Source of the DNA: Bacillota bacterium
GTDB lineage: Bacteria > Bacillota > SHA-98 > UBA4971
Length of the DNA stretch: 64,000 nucleotides
Assembly: GCA_050261335.1 (NCBI GenBank)
Contig: JBLNDE010000064.1
Location: 74,165-138,164, forward strand
Direction: 5' to 3'
Part shown: positions 28,823 through 39,009 of the stretch, piece by piece
How the letters are laid out: each line of letters opens with the position of its first letter
How positions within the stretch are numbered: the first letter of the stretch is position 1
The notes under the pieces: model-generated
Told to the model about the DNA's origin: nothing
What the model saw: only the letters and a program-made list of their open reading frames with translations
The model's database searches: none
Made by a program: the position numbers and the translations under genes

Positions 28823-29881
28823 ATGGAGGAACTTCGTGACCTCCGACGCAGGATACGTAGCGTCCGTGGAACACAGCAGATCACCCGCGCCATGTCCCTT
28901 GTGGCCTCCACGCGGCTGCGCCGGATCGAGAGGCTCGTGGATCCCGCTCGCACATATGCCGGGGCTCTCCGGCGCATCGTCGTCGACATCGCAGCGCGGA
29001 CCCCGGCGTGGGCTCACCCGCTTCTCAGACCAGCGGAAGTCGCGGCTCCGGCTTACCTCGTCATAACCTCCGACAGAGGCCTTGCCGGCGGCTACAACGC
29101 GGAGATCCTCCGGCTTGCGATGGCCCACGTCTCCAGAGCGGCGACCGGCAGTCGTGGCCGCATCATGGTGATGGCGGCGGGCAGGAAGGGGCGGGATTTC
29201 TTCCGCAGGCGAGGTCTTCAGCCTGCCGAGGAGTACGTCCGTCTCCCTGATACGCCCGATGAGAGGCTGGCCAGGCGAATGGCCGAGGACCTGCTCGCCC
29301 TGTACTTCGACGGCCGGATAGACTCCCTCCACCTCGTGTTCGGAAGGTTCATGTCCCGGGGCTTGTACAGGCCGGACATCCTACAGTTGCTGCCCGTCGA
29401 AAAGGCTGAGCAGGCCGGCTACCAGGATCGAAGGCAGGGCAAGGGCAAGGGCGAGGACGAGGACTGGGATGGAGGCGAGAACGGGGACGACGGCCAGGAC
29501 TCGTACCGCGTCCGCGAAGCGCACCAGGACCGGAACCCCGGCGGGGAAAGGGACAGCGGCCGGGAGGATGGCGACGGCCGCGAAAGCCACGCCCGCGCCG
29601 ACGAAGACCGGGGCGATTTCGATCTGCCGCTCACGTATGAGCCCTCTCCGGAATCCGTCCTCGACAGGCTTTTCCCCCACTACCTCGTGTCAGTCGTGTA
29701 CGCAGCCCTCGTGGAGGCGAAGGCGAGCGAACTTGCTGCGCGGACCATCGCCATGGATTCGGCGACGGACAACGCCGGTGAGCTTATGGAGAGGTTGACG
29801 CTCACATACAACCGGGCCAGGCAGGCCGAGATCACGCAGGAGATCTCGGAGATCGCCACCGGCGCCGAAAGCCTCCGCTAA
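28823..29881 (+). CDS. atpG: F0F1 ATP synthase subunit gamma with ~65-aa acidic low-complexity insertion (GKGKGEDEDWDGGENGDDGQD…EDGDGRESHARADEDRGD)
   Basis: 352 aa versus ~285 typical; conserved N- and C-terminal gamma helices (…ITQEISEIATGAESL). Confidence 0.9.
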   Translation: MEELRDLRRRIRSVRGTQQITRAMSLVASTRLRRIERLVDPARTYAGALRRIVVDIAARTPAWAHPLLRPAEVAAPAYLVITSDRGLAGGYNAEILRLAMAHVSRAATGSRGRIMVMAAGRKGRDFFRRRGLQPAEEYVRLPDTPDERLARRMAEDLLALYFDGRIDSLHLVFGRFMSRGLYRPDILQLLPVEKAEQAGYQDRRQGKGKGEDEDWDGGENGDDGQDSYRVREAHQDRNPGGERDSGREDGDGRESHARADEDRGDFDLPLTYEPSPESVLDRLFPHYLVSVVYAALVEAKASELAARTIAMDSATDNAGELMERLTLTYNRARQAEITQEISEIATGAESLR

Positions 29882-29883
29882 GT

Positions 29884-30083
29884 GGGGGCGCAGAAATGCT
29901 CCCGACTCCTGGAAGGGGTTGCCGGTGCTTGCACGAGGGGTGTCAAAGTCCGGCCACTTCCCCGACGGGCCGGAGTCTGGCGAAGCGCGCCCCGCGTGGG
30001 ACGCCGTCCCCGAGTGTAACGCCGGCAACCCTGGGTAGGACGCGCGCTGAAAAACAGCGCGGATTCGTGGCGACGTACTTACT
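29884..30083. mobile_element. MITE-like dispersed repeat, variant B, inserted between atpG and atpD
   Basis: gggttgccggtgcttgcacgaggggtgtcaaagtccggcc…ggcgaagcgcgcc…cgccggcaaccc…gcgcgctgaaaaacagcgcggattcgtggcgacgtactt. Confidence 0.85.
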
Positions 30084-30085
30084 GA

Positions 30086-31591
<1,506 letters not shown>

Positions 31592-31606
31592 TGAGGCGCA
31601 CACAAC

Positions 31607-31870
31607 ATGAGTGACATCGCTCTTCGCATTCTCACGATGACGAAGGTAGTCCTGGACGCTCGCGCCTCCTCGGTGATGCTCCCGGGATCGGAGGGAGATC
31701 TCGAGGTGCTGGGCAACCATACCCCGCTGGTGACGGCCCTTCGCCCGGGTCGCATCGTTGCCGCCTGCAACGGCGAGCACAAGGATATCCAGGTGGCCGG
31801 CGGTTTCGTGGTCGTCACGCCCCGCCGCGTCGACGTGCTGGCGGACCTTGCGGAAGTCACGCCTCGATGA
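31607..31870 (+). CDS. atpC: F0F1 ATP synthase subunit epsilon, truncated (beta-sandwich only, 87 aa; C-terminal helical hairpin absent)
   Basis: Typical epsilon N-domain; stop overlaps convergent GGDEF gene. Confidence 0.8.
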   Translation: MSDIALRILTMTKVVLDARASSVMLPGSEGDLEVLGNHTPLVTALRPGRIVAACNGEHKDIQVAGGFVVVTPRRVDVLADLAEVTPR

Positions 31871-33488
31871 CCCGGTTGCGCCCCTCCCTCTTCCCGCGAT
31901 AGCACGCCATGTCAGCGAGGTAGATGAGGTCTTTCTTGGTCCTGGCGTCGGCGGGGTACGTGGCGACCCCTACCGTGACGGTGACACGCCCGCTCGGTAT
32001 CTGGTCCTCGTGGGGGAACGGATATGCCTCTATCCTTGCCCTGATCTTCTCGGCCACCCTGAGCGCGTGCGCCTTCTGCGCCTCCAGGAGTATCACCACG
32101 AACTCCTCTCCGCCATACCTCGCTACTATGTCAGTGGACCGAACGGACCTCGTGAGGAGCCTTGCCACCGCCTTCAGCGCGGCGTCGCCTGCCGGATGCC
32201 CCAGCACGTCGTTGTACTGCTTGAAGTCGTCGATGTCCACCATCAGCAGAGACAGATAGCGACCGTAGCGCTCGCACCTGGCAAGCTCCTCTGTGAGCCT
32301 CTCCTGGAAGTGTCTGTGATTGAACAGCCCCGTCACCGAGTCCGTTATGGCCAGCCTCTCGGCTATCCGGTGCAGCCGTGTGACCTCAGCAAGCTGCCTG
32401 TCGAGCCTGGCGTTGACCCGCTTGAGCTCCGTCTCGCTCTTCTCGAGGAGTTCGTTCTTGGCCTTGAGCTCCCGGTAGAGCCTGGCGTTCTCAATGGCGA
32501 TGGCAGCCTGGGTGCCGATGGTAGACATGATCCGTACATGGTCCTCTTCAAACCGCTGGGTGTAGCTCTGCACCGACATGACCCCGATGACGCTCTTCTG
32601 AACGGAAAGCGGCACCGCAATCACGGATAGAGGTTTGTCCCCGAGCATGATGGCTTCTGTCGGCACATGCTCCATGTCGGTGGACGAGTCTCTTATGAAC
32701 AGGGGTTTGCCAGACCTTATCACCCACTCGGTGAGCCCCTTCCCGGTGGGATATGGCCTCGTGAAGCTGGCCACGCGCACCCCATGGTCCACCAGTATCT
32801 CGAACCTGATCTCCTGTGCCTGCTCGTCGAAGAGGGCCACGAAGAAGGATTCGTTGCCTATGATGGCCGCCACTTGCTCGTACATGACCTCGAGGAGCGC
32901 CGAAAGATCGAGTACGGATGTGGTTGCGACCCCCACCCTGTATATGCTCATCATCTCCGCGGCAAAGCGGCGCGCTTCCTCGGTCTGGCGGCGCAGTTCC
33001 TCTTCGAGCTGCCTCCTCTGGGTAATGTCGCGCACCACGCCCTGGATAGCGCTGGGGGCGCCTTCCCTGTCGATGACGCTCATATTGATCTGGCAGCACA
33101 CTGACCTGCCGCCGTCTCCCGTCAGCTCTACGTCCAGCATCTGGCAGTCGCTGGAGGCAGCGCCCGGCGAGAGCGCAGCGGCGACCTCATCATGGCACGT
33201 GCCGGCCACGACATCGAAGAGCTTGCGCCCCACGAGCTCGTGGGATCCGCACCCGAGCATCGCCGCAAAAGGCTCGTTTACGTAGGTGATGGTGCCGTCC
33301 GGGTCCACCACGAACATGCCGTCGCTCGCGTTTTCAATGAGCTGTCGGTACTTTGCCTCCGACTCGGACAGGTCTCTGATGGTGGCCCTTACCTTCCTGC
33401 TCAGGGCCCTGTTGGCCGTCACCGTGGCGAGCACGACGAAGAGGAGCGCCCCCAGGATCGTCAGCGTCATGAAAAGGGCCATGGACAT
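31857..33488 (-). CDS. Diguanylate cyclase (TM + PAS + GAF + GGDEF)
   Basis: C-terminal …RYGGEEFVVILLE… GGDEF A-site; PAS and GAF regions upstream; start chosen at MSMALFMTL. Confidence 0.85.
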   Translation of the reverse strand: MSMALFMTLTILGALLFVVLATVTANRALSRKVRATIRDLSESEAKYRQLIENASDGMFVVDPDGTITYVNEPFAAMLGCGSHELVGRKLFDVVAGTCHDEVAAALSPGAASSDCQMLDVELTGDGGRSVCCQINMSVIDREGAPSAIQGVVRDITQRRQLEEELRRQTEEARRFAAEMMSIYRVGVATTSVLDLSALLEVMYEQVAAIIGNESFFVALFDEQAQEIRFEILVDHGVRVASFTRPYPTGKGLTEWVIRSGKPLFIRDSSTDMEHVPTEAIMLGDKPLSVIAVPLSVQKSVIGVMSVQSYTQRFEEDHVRIMSTIGTQAAIAIENARLYRELKAKNELLEKSETELKRVNARLDRQLAEVTRLHRIAERLAITDSVTGLFNHRHFQERLTEELARCERYGRYLSLLMVDIDDFKQYNDVLGHPAGDAALKAVARLLTRSVRSTDIVARYGGEEFVVILLEAQKAHALRVAEKIRARIEAYPFPHEDQIPSGRVTVTVGVATYPADARTKKDLIYLADMACYRGKREGRNRVIEA

Positions 33489-33674
33489 CTGTCGCTGGGT
33501 CGCGAAGAGCGGGCCTTCGACGGGAATGGCCAATACACCGCCAGGGACGGCGGAGCCTGCAACCGCTCCCAGGCAGGGCCACGGATGTGCGCTGTCCACA
33601 TTCGCCTCCGGCATCACGGCCACCTCCCTCGCGGCCCCTGGGGGCTTCCGGGCCTCATGAGGCAACGCTGCCGC

Positions 33675-34724
33675 CTACTTCTCAGGCATCTTGCCTGTCT
33701 GCCTCAGGTACTCGAAGAAGGACTCCTGGTCGGCGAACACCTTTGTGCAATGGAACTTCAGAAACGGGCTCACGCGCTCCTTGAAGATCGCGTAGACTTC
33801 CTTGTTGTTCGTGGAGCCGTAGATGATCTCGCACAGCACCCCCGGGGATGTCTTGTCAGTCGGATAGTACACGACCACCATGTCGCTCTGGTCAATGAGC
33901 ATGTAGTCGCGGATCACCGTCTGGTCTGCTATCTCGCTCCTCTCTGATGGGGCGACTCCGAACTCCGGGTCTATGTCGGCAAGACTGTACGTCTTCGCTT
34001 CTTCCTTACTGACACCGTATGTGAGTTCGGTATCCTCCACGGCGAGGGGGTCGAAGACCTCGAAGTGCTCTCTCAGTCTGTCCCGGAACTCCCTTACCTC
34101 CTGCATCTTCGCGGAGTCGTTGTGCATGAGTGTTATTGGAAAGCTCAAGTATACCCTGGGGACCTCAGACCTGAACATGAGGTTGTAAACGGTGCTCGCG
34201 GGTTGACCCGCCGCCACCACGTAATGAGGCTTGCGCTGGTAAGACGCCATCATCTTCGTCACGAAGATCTCCTCGTCGCGCCAGATGAGGACGTCTTTCA
34301 GTGACAGCCTTCCCCGCCACACCGGCGATTCCTCGAGCCTCTTCGAGACGTTGAGGATGCTATCTATCAGGGTGATGTAGAGATCGGGTTTGAGCTCGTT
34401 GAGATAATGCACGTCAAATGCAGGCATGAGGTAGTTCTTCCAGCGGAAGCAGCCGTGCGTGGAGATGATGCAGTTCTCGACCTTCTCGGCTTTCTTCAGG
34501 ATCTCCTCGAAGACCGCGGCCCGGAGCGACCGCAGCGTCGAGGGAGACAGGTCGAGTATCTTCTCGGGGCTCGTGGGACTCTCGAGTTCGTCCGCTTTCT
34601 TGAACATGAGGTCCCCGACGTTGAAAAGATGAACCTTCTTGCCGAGCGCCTCTCCGGCGGCAACCGCCCCCTTGAGGTAGTCGAGCTTGCCCGAACCGCT
34701 GGTGCCCGTGCATATGACCTTCAC
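33675..34724 (-). CDS. Two-domain protein: N-terminal P-loop (nucleotide/nucleoside kinase-like, GTSGSGK) + C-terminal nucleoside 2-deoxyribosyltransferase / DNPH1(Rcl)-like domain (SPGVLCEIIYG catalytic-Glu motif)
   Basis: Walker A MKVICTGTSGSGKL; C-terminal VYLSFPIT…DMVVVYYPTDKTSPGVLCEIIYGSTNNKEVYAIF matches NDT/DNPH1 fold motifs; GC visibly lower (~57%) than flanks. Confidence 0.6.
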   Translation of the reverse strand: MKVICTGTSGSGKLDYLKGAVAAGEALGKKVHLFNVGDLMFKKADELESPTSPEKILDLSPSTLRSLRAAVFEEILKKAEKVENCIISTHGCFRWKNYLMPAFDVHYLNELKPDLYITLIDSILNVSKRLEESPVWRGRLSLKDVLIWRDEEIFVTKMMASYQRKPHYVVAAGQPASTVYNLMFRSEVPRVYLSFPITLMHNDSAKMQEVREFRDRLREHFEVFDPLAVEDTELTYGVSKEEAKTYSLADIDPEFGVAPSERSEIADQTVIRDYMLIDQSDMVVVYYPTDKTSPGVLCEIIYGSTNNKEVYAIFKERVSPFLKFHCTKVFADQESFFEYLRQTGKMPEK

Positions 34725-34793
34725 GTATAGAACCCCTCCCGGCGAAAACGTTCGACGCCTGTTGACAGACTCCTCCTCCGCGCGCCGCCGGCC

Positions 34794-36140
34794 CTACCCG
34801 GCGAACCTTTCCAGCACGAGGGCCATGTACTTTATGCCCTCGAGAAAGTCAGACACGTTCACGTTCTCGTCTGGCCCATGAACCCGCGACCCGACGTTGC
34901 CGATGCCGATACCTGCGGCTGGCGTGCCGAACTGGGCCGCTACCTGGTACATGGGGCCTGTGCCGGCCGACGTCGGGAATACCAGAGGCTCTTTCGCGTA
35001 GAGCTCGACCACGGTCTCCCGGAGCACCTTCACGATGCGCGAGTCCGGATCGGTCCTGGCAGGGTGCTCGGCACCGAGCCACGTCACGCGGAAGTCGCCG
35101 CAGCCCTTTGTCCTGAGGTAGTCCTCGAACTTCCTCGTTATGTCAGTGGGCCGTTGGTCAGGCACCAGTCGCATGTCCAGCTTGGCCATGGCCCGGCTGG
35201 GAAGGACCGTCTTCGAGCCAGGCCCCTCATATCCAGCGGAAAGACCGCACACGTTGCAGGTAGGCCCGAAGTAGAGCCGCTTCAGGGCCTCCGTGCCGAC
35301 CAGACCCAGCACGAGCCGATCGACGCCGAACTGCTTCGCGAGGCGTCCGGGGTCTGCGGGGAGCTTTTCGATGAGCGCGACCTCCCCGGGGCTCGGCTCT
35401 CGGACGTCATCGTAGAACCCGGGAATCAGGACCTCCTCCCTGTCGTTCTTCAGCGAGCTGAGCGCCCAGACCAGTCTCCACGCGGGATTGGGCACGACCG
35501 CAGCGAGCGAGGAGTGCAGGTCGAAGCTGCCGCCGTCCACCTCGATGTGGGCATAGCACAGGCCCTTGCAGCCCAGCGTGATCTCGAGCCTGCCTTCCTC
35601 ATCGCGGCCTCCCGTCTCCCATATGCACGCGTCGGCTCGGAAAACCTCCGGGTGTTCCCGCGCGTAGCGCTCAAGGTTAGGGCTGCCGATCTCCTCCTCG
35701 CCTTCCGCCACGAACTTCACTGTCACGGGAAGGCTTCCCCTCGTGTCGAGAAGCGCCTGCACGGCCTTGACGCGTGCGACGAGGTCTCCCTTGTTGTCGG
35801 CTACCCCCCGCGCGTACACCTTCCCTCCGTCGATCTCGGCGCCGAAGGGATCATGCTGCCATCTATCGAGGGGCTCCGGCGGCTGCACGTCGTAGTGGTT
35901 GTAGAAAAGGAGGGTTCTCTCCCCGCCGCCCGGTATTTCCGCGGTAACGAGCGGCGCGGCCTCCCCCGCGCGCAGTACCTGCACCGTCGCGCCAAGGGAG
36001 GAAAACATGCGTTCAACGACCCTGGCGGCATCTTCCACGCCCTTGCCCTGGGCTGAGATGCTTGGCTGGCGCAGGAAACCCTGCAACTCCCTGACGAACT
36101 CGGATGCATGACGGTCTACATAGTCGAAGACTTCGTTCAT
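34794..36140 (-). CDS. M20-family metallopeptidase (dipeptidase PepV/Sapep-like)
   Basis: M20 catalytic + dimerisation-domain pattern (…HYDVQPPEPL…GVADNKG…EGEEEIGS…); start at 36140 (ATGA overlap) or 36227. Confidence 0.75.
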   Translation of the reverse strand: MNEVFDYVDRHASEFVRELQGFLRQPSISAQGKGVEDAARVVERMFSSLGATVQVLRAGEAAPLVTAEIPGGGERTLLFYNHYDVQPPEPLDRWQHDPFGAEIDGGKVYARGVADNKGDLVARVKAVQALLDTRGSLPVTVKFVAEGEEEIGSPNLERYAREHPEVFRADACIWETGGRDEEGRLEITLGCKGLCYAHIEVDGGSFDLHSSLAAVVPNPAWRLVWALSSLKNDREEVLIPGFYDDVREPSPGEVALIEKLPADPGRLAKQFGVDRLVLGLVGTEALKRLYFGPTCNVCGLSAGYEGPGSKTVLPSRAMAKLDMRLVPDQRPTDITRKFEDYLRTKGCGDFRVTWLGAEHPARTDPDSRIVKVLRETVVELYAKEPLVFPTSAGTGPMYQVAAQFGTPAAGIGIGNVGSRVHGPDENVNVSDFLEGIKYMALVLERFAG

Positions 36141-37990
36141 CTCGAACCAGATCCCCCTGACGTCAAATGATGCCCGCGCCGCGGCACGACCCGGGGCGGG
36201 GCTTCCAGGCGACGGCGAAGCCACCACCCGCCCGCCGAAATGCCCGCGAGGACCGGCGAAGACAGGCCGATGACCGTCGTCTGAAGCAGGTCCATGTAGT
36301 GCTTGAAGGCCCTGTGAAGGTCCGGCAGATGCCGGCTGAACCGTACACCCTCGCTCATAGCGAATACCGCAGACTGGGCGGCAAGAGACAGCACGATGAC
36401 ATACGCACAGGTCACACCGGTCACCAGCGCGTCAAGGGGCCGTCCGCGCCGCCGCCACGCCAACCACCCCGAAACCGCTGCAGCAAGGATCCCGCAAAAG
36501 GCCGAGTCCAGCATTCTTCCGGTGAAGAACGGCACGACCTCGCTCTCGCTGTTGAACACGCTCATGGAAAAAGAGACCCCGCGCGCGAAGACCAGGGCGT
36601 AGAAGGCGCCGAAATACGCGGTCGCCGCAATGAGGGGAATCCTTACGTTTCGAACGTCTCTTCCGACGAGAAGCACGAGCCCGAAGGCGAGGCCCCCGAG
36701 CACGAGGGCGATCACCGGCAGTCTCTTGAGCCTTCCCACACCGAGAAATCGTTCACGCGCGTCCGATATCGCCGTCGCCGTATCCGCATCCATGGCAAGC
36801 GCGAGATCGAACGCCTCGTCATAGCGGCCATCGTTGTGAAGCAGCGTAGCGCTGGACACGGGTTCTATCGCAGGAAGCCGACTTCCGAGCACTCCGACGT
36901 ACTCCTCGGCGAAAGCACGCCTCGCCTCCGCCTGCCTTATCGCCCTTTCGGAGGCCACGTGTCGGGGCGCGTCGAGCGCCTCGAAAAGGACCCGGCCCTG
37001 TGAGTGCGCGGGAACGGGCATCCCGAGCAGGGCCGCGCAGGTGGGAGCCACGTCCACATGGCGTGCAGGCGCCCATGGAAGATCCGGGCCTGGATGCGCC
37101 GGCGTGACTATCCCCGCCCCGGCGGCCACCAGCGGCACCCTGGTCACGTCTTCCTCCCACCCTCCGTGCCCGCCTCGCCCTGTGTGCCCGTGGTCGGACG
37201 TCACGATTATGGTGTCGCTGGTGAGGTCGAGATCTGCCAGGATCTTCCCGATCCTCGCATCCACCTCGGACGACGCCTCCTTGTAGTCTGCGCCTGCCGC
37301 TCCCGAGGCATGCCCCGCGGCGTCGACCGACGAGAAATGCACGACGATGAGGCAGGTGCCAGTCCGTTCCATCTCGCCGAGAGCTGCACGGAGAACCTCA
37401 TCGTCGGTCTTCCTGGCCGCGGCGACATCCGCCGGACCGGGTGCATCGACATAGATAGCACGGGCCACGGACGCACCGAGAAGTTCCTTCCACTCTCTGG
37501 TCGCGATGAGAGCGGTCCCTGTTCCGGCGCGCCGCGCTGCGCCGAAAAGGTTGTCCACCGCGATGGGCCCCCTGTATCCGTTGGTGGTCACTCCGGAGAT
37601 CTCCGGGGGTGCACCCGTGAGCAGCGTGGTCCACCCGGGAAACGAAAACGACGGCTGATCTACCAGGAGCGAGAACGCCGCGCCGCGGCTGCCGATATCC
37701 TTCAGCACTGGCATCTCATCGGTCCCGGCAAACCCGAGACCGTCGACGATTACCAACACGAGCCGTCTCGTGAGCCTCCCCGCGGCATCAATGGTCTCGA
37801 TGGGGGACGTATACGGACTACGGTATCCCACGACGTCATGCAGCCCCGAGGTGGCAAGATGCCACGAGACTGCACCCAGACCCATCATGACCGCAAACGC
37901 GAGAACAGCCGCGGTTTTCCGGTCTGGAAACAGCCTGCCCGGAAGTCGCCTGAGCCGGAGCCGCTTCGCCGCTCCACCTTCACCCGACAT
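36137..37990 (-). CDS. Alkaline phosphatase-family (type I phosphodiesterase/nucleotide pyrophosphatase-like) protein with C-terminal polytopic membrane domain
   Basis: …VLVIVDGLGF… and …IIVTSDHGHTGRGGHGG… metal-site motifs; ~6 TM helices C-terminal. Confidence 0.75.
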   Translation of the reverse strand: MSGEGGAAKRLRLRRLPGRLFPDRKTAAVLAFAVMMGLGAVSWHLATSGLHDVVGYRSPYTSPIETIDAAGRLTRRLVLVIVDGLGFAGTDEMPVLKDIGSRGAAFSLLVDQPSFSFPGWTTLLTGAPPEISGVTTNGYRGPIAVDNLFGAARRAGTGTALIATREWKELLGASVARAIYVDAPGPADVAAARKTDDEVLRAALGEMERTGTCLIVVHFSSVDAAGHASGAAGADYKEASSEVDARIGKILADLDLTSDTIIVTSDHGHTGRGGHGGWEEDVTRVPLVAAGAGIVTPAHPGPDLPWAPARHVDVAPTCAALLGMPVPAHSQGRVLFEALDAPRHVASERAIRQAEARRAFAEEYVGVLGSRLPAIEPVSSATLLHNDGRYDEAFDLALAMDADTATAISDARERFLGVGRLKRLPVIALVLGGLAFGLVLLVGRDVRNVRIPLIAATAYFGAFYALVFARGVSFSMSVFNSESEVVPFFTGRMLDSAFCGILAAAVSGWLAWRRRGRPLDALVTGVTCAYVIVLSLAAQSAVFAMSEGVRFSRHLPDLHRAFKHYMDLLQTTVIGLSSPVLAGISAGGWWLRRRLEAPPRVVPRRGHHLTSGGSGSR

Positions 37991-38031
37991 ACCATCCCTC
38001 TCCCTGCAAGGGCGTGAGCCCCGCCGTCTTT

Positions 38032-38907
38032 CTATAGAGTTTTCGACGGGCCTGCGCGCTTCCCTTCACCTGAGACAACCTTGCGCCATCTCACGTCGAG
38101 GTCGTCCACAACGCTCCCCGGCACGTACACGCCGCCGAGCACGGCAGGCTCGTCTGGCGCTATGCCGTGGAAGTCGCTTCCGCCCGTCACGATGAGTTCG
38201 AGGCGTCTGGCGGTGTCTGCCCACCGCCTGGTCAATTCGGGACCGTGAGTCGGATAGTATGCCTCGATCCCCTCAAGACCTGCCTCTACGAGTTGCCCGA
38301 GGAGGGCGCCGCCGGCCGTCCTGCCGGGATGGGCCAGCACAGGCACACCTCCGGCGGTCAGTACCAGCCTGACGGCCTCCGCGGGAGTCAGCCCGTAGTG
38401 CTCGACGTACGCAAGGCCATGCTTTCCGAGGTACTTTTCGAAGTCACCGTAGCGTCGCTCCGCCCTTGCGTAGCCGAGATCGACCATAGCGCGGAAGATC
38501 TGGCTCCTGCCGACAAAGCCTTTCCTGCCGAGGCTCAGCACGTACGACATCGGGATTTCCATGCCAAGCCCGGCCAGCTTCTCCAGGATTCTCTCCGCCC
38601 GTCGAACCCTGCCTTCGCGCAGCACTTGAAGGCTCATGGTAAGTGTTGGCAACGATGTGTCCACATGGTATCCAAGGATGTGTACCTCGCTCTCCTCCAC
38701 GTCAGTGGAGAGCTCGACCCCGGGTATCACGCGCACGCCGAAACTGGTTGCCGCGAGCATAGCCTCCTGCACGCCGTCCACGGTATCGTGGTCTGTGACT
38801 GCGATGGTAGTCACCTTCCGGTCGGATGCCAGCCTCACGAGTTCCCTGGGCGAATAGCGCCCGTCAGACGCAGTCGAATGAACGTGCAGGTCCACCGTGG
38901 TCATCAT
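38032..38907 (-). CDS. PHP-domain phosphoesterase (TrpH/YciV family)
   Basis: VDLHVHSTASDGRYSP… PHP motif I; start MMTTVDLH with GAGGGGG RBS. Confidence 0.85.
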   Translation of the reverse strand: MMTTVDLHVHSTASDGRYSPRELVRLASDRKVTTIAVTDHDTVDGVQEAMLAATSFGVRVIPGVELSTDVEESEVHILGYHVDTSLPTLTMSLQVLREGRVRRAERILEKLAGLGMEIPMSYVLSLGRKGFVGRSQIFRAMVDLGYARAERRYGDFEKYLGKHGLAYVEHYGLTPAEAVRLVLTAGGVPVLAHPGRTAGGALLGQLVEAGLEGIEAYYPTHGPELTRRWADTARRLELIVTGGSDFHGIAPDEPAVLGGVYVPGSVVDDLDVRWRKVVSGEGKRAGPSKTL

Positions 38908-39009
38908 GAAAACCCCCTCGCACCCACTGCAGGAATCACCGCTCCTGTACATGCGATTATTGCCCGCGAGTCTCGGTTTATTTCGCGTGTCCGTGGACAT
39001 AATAGGCTT

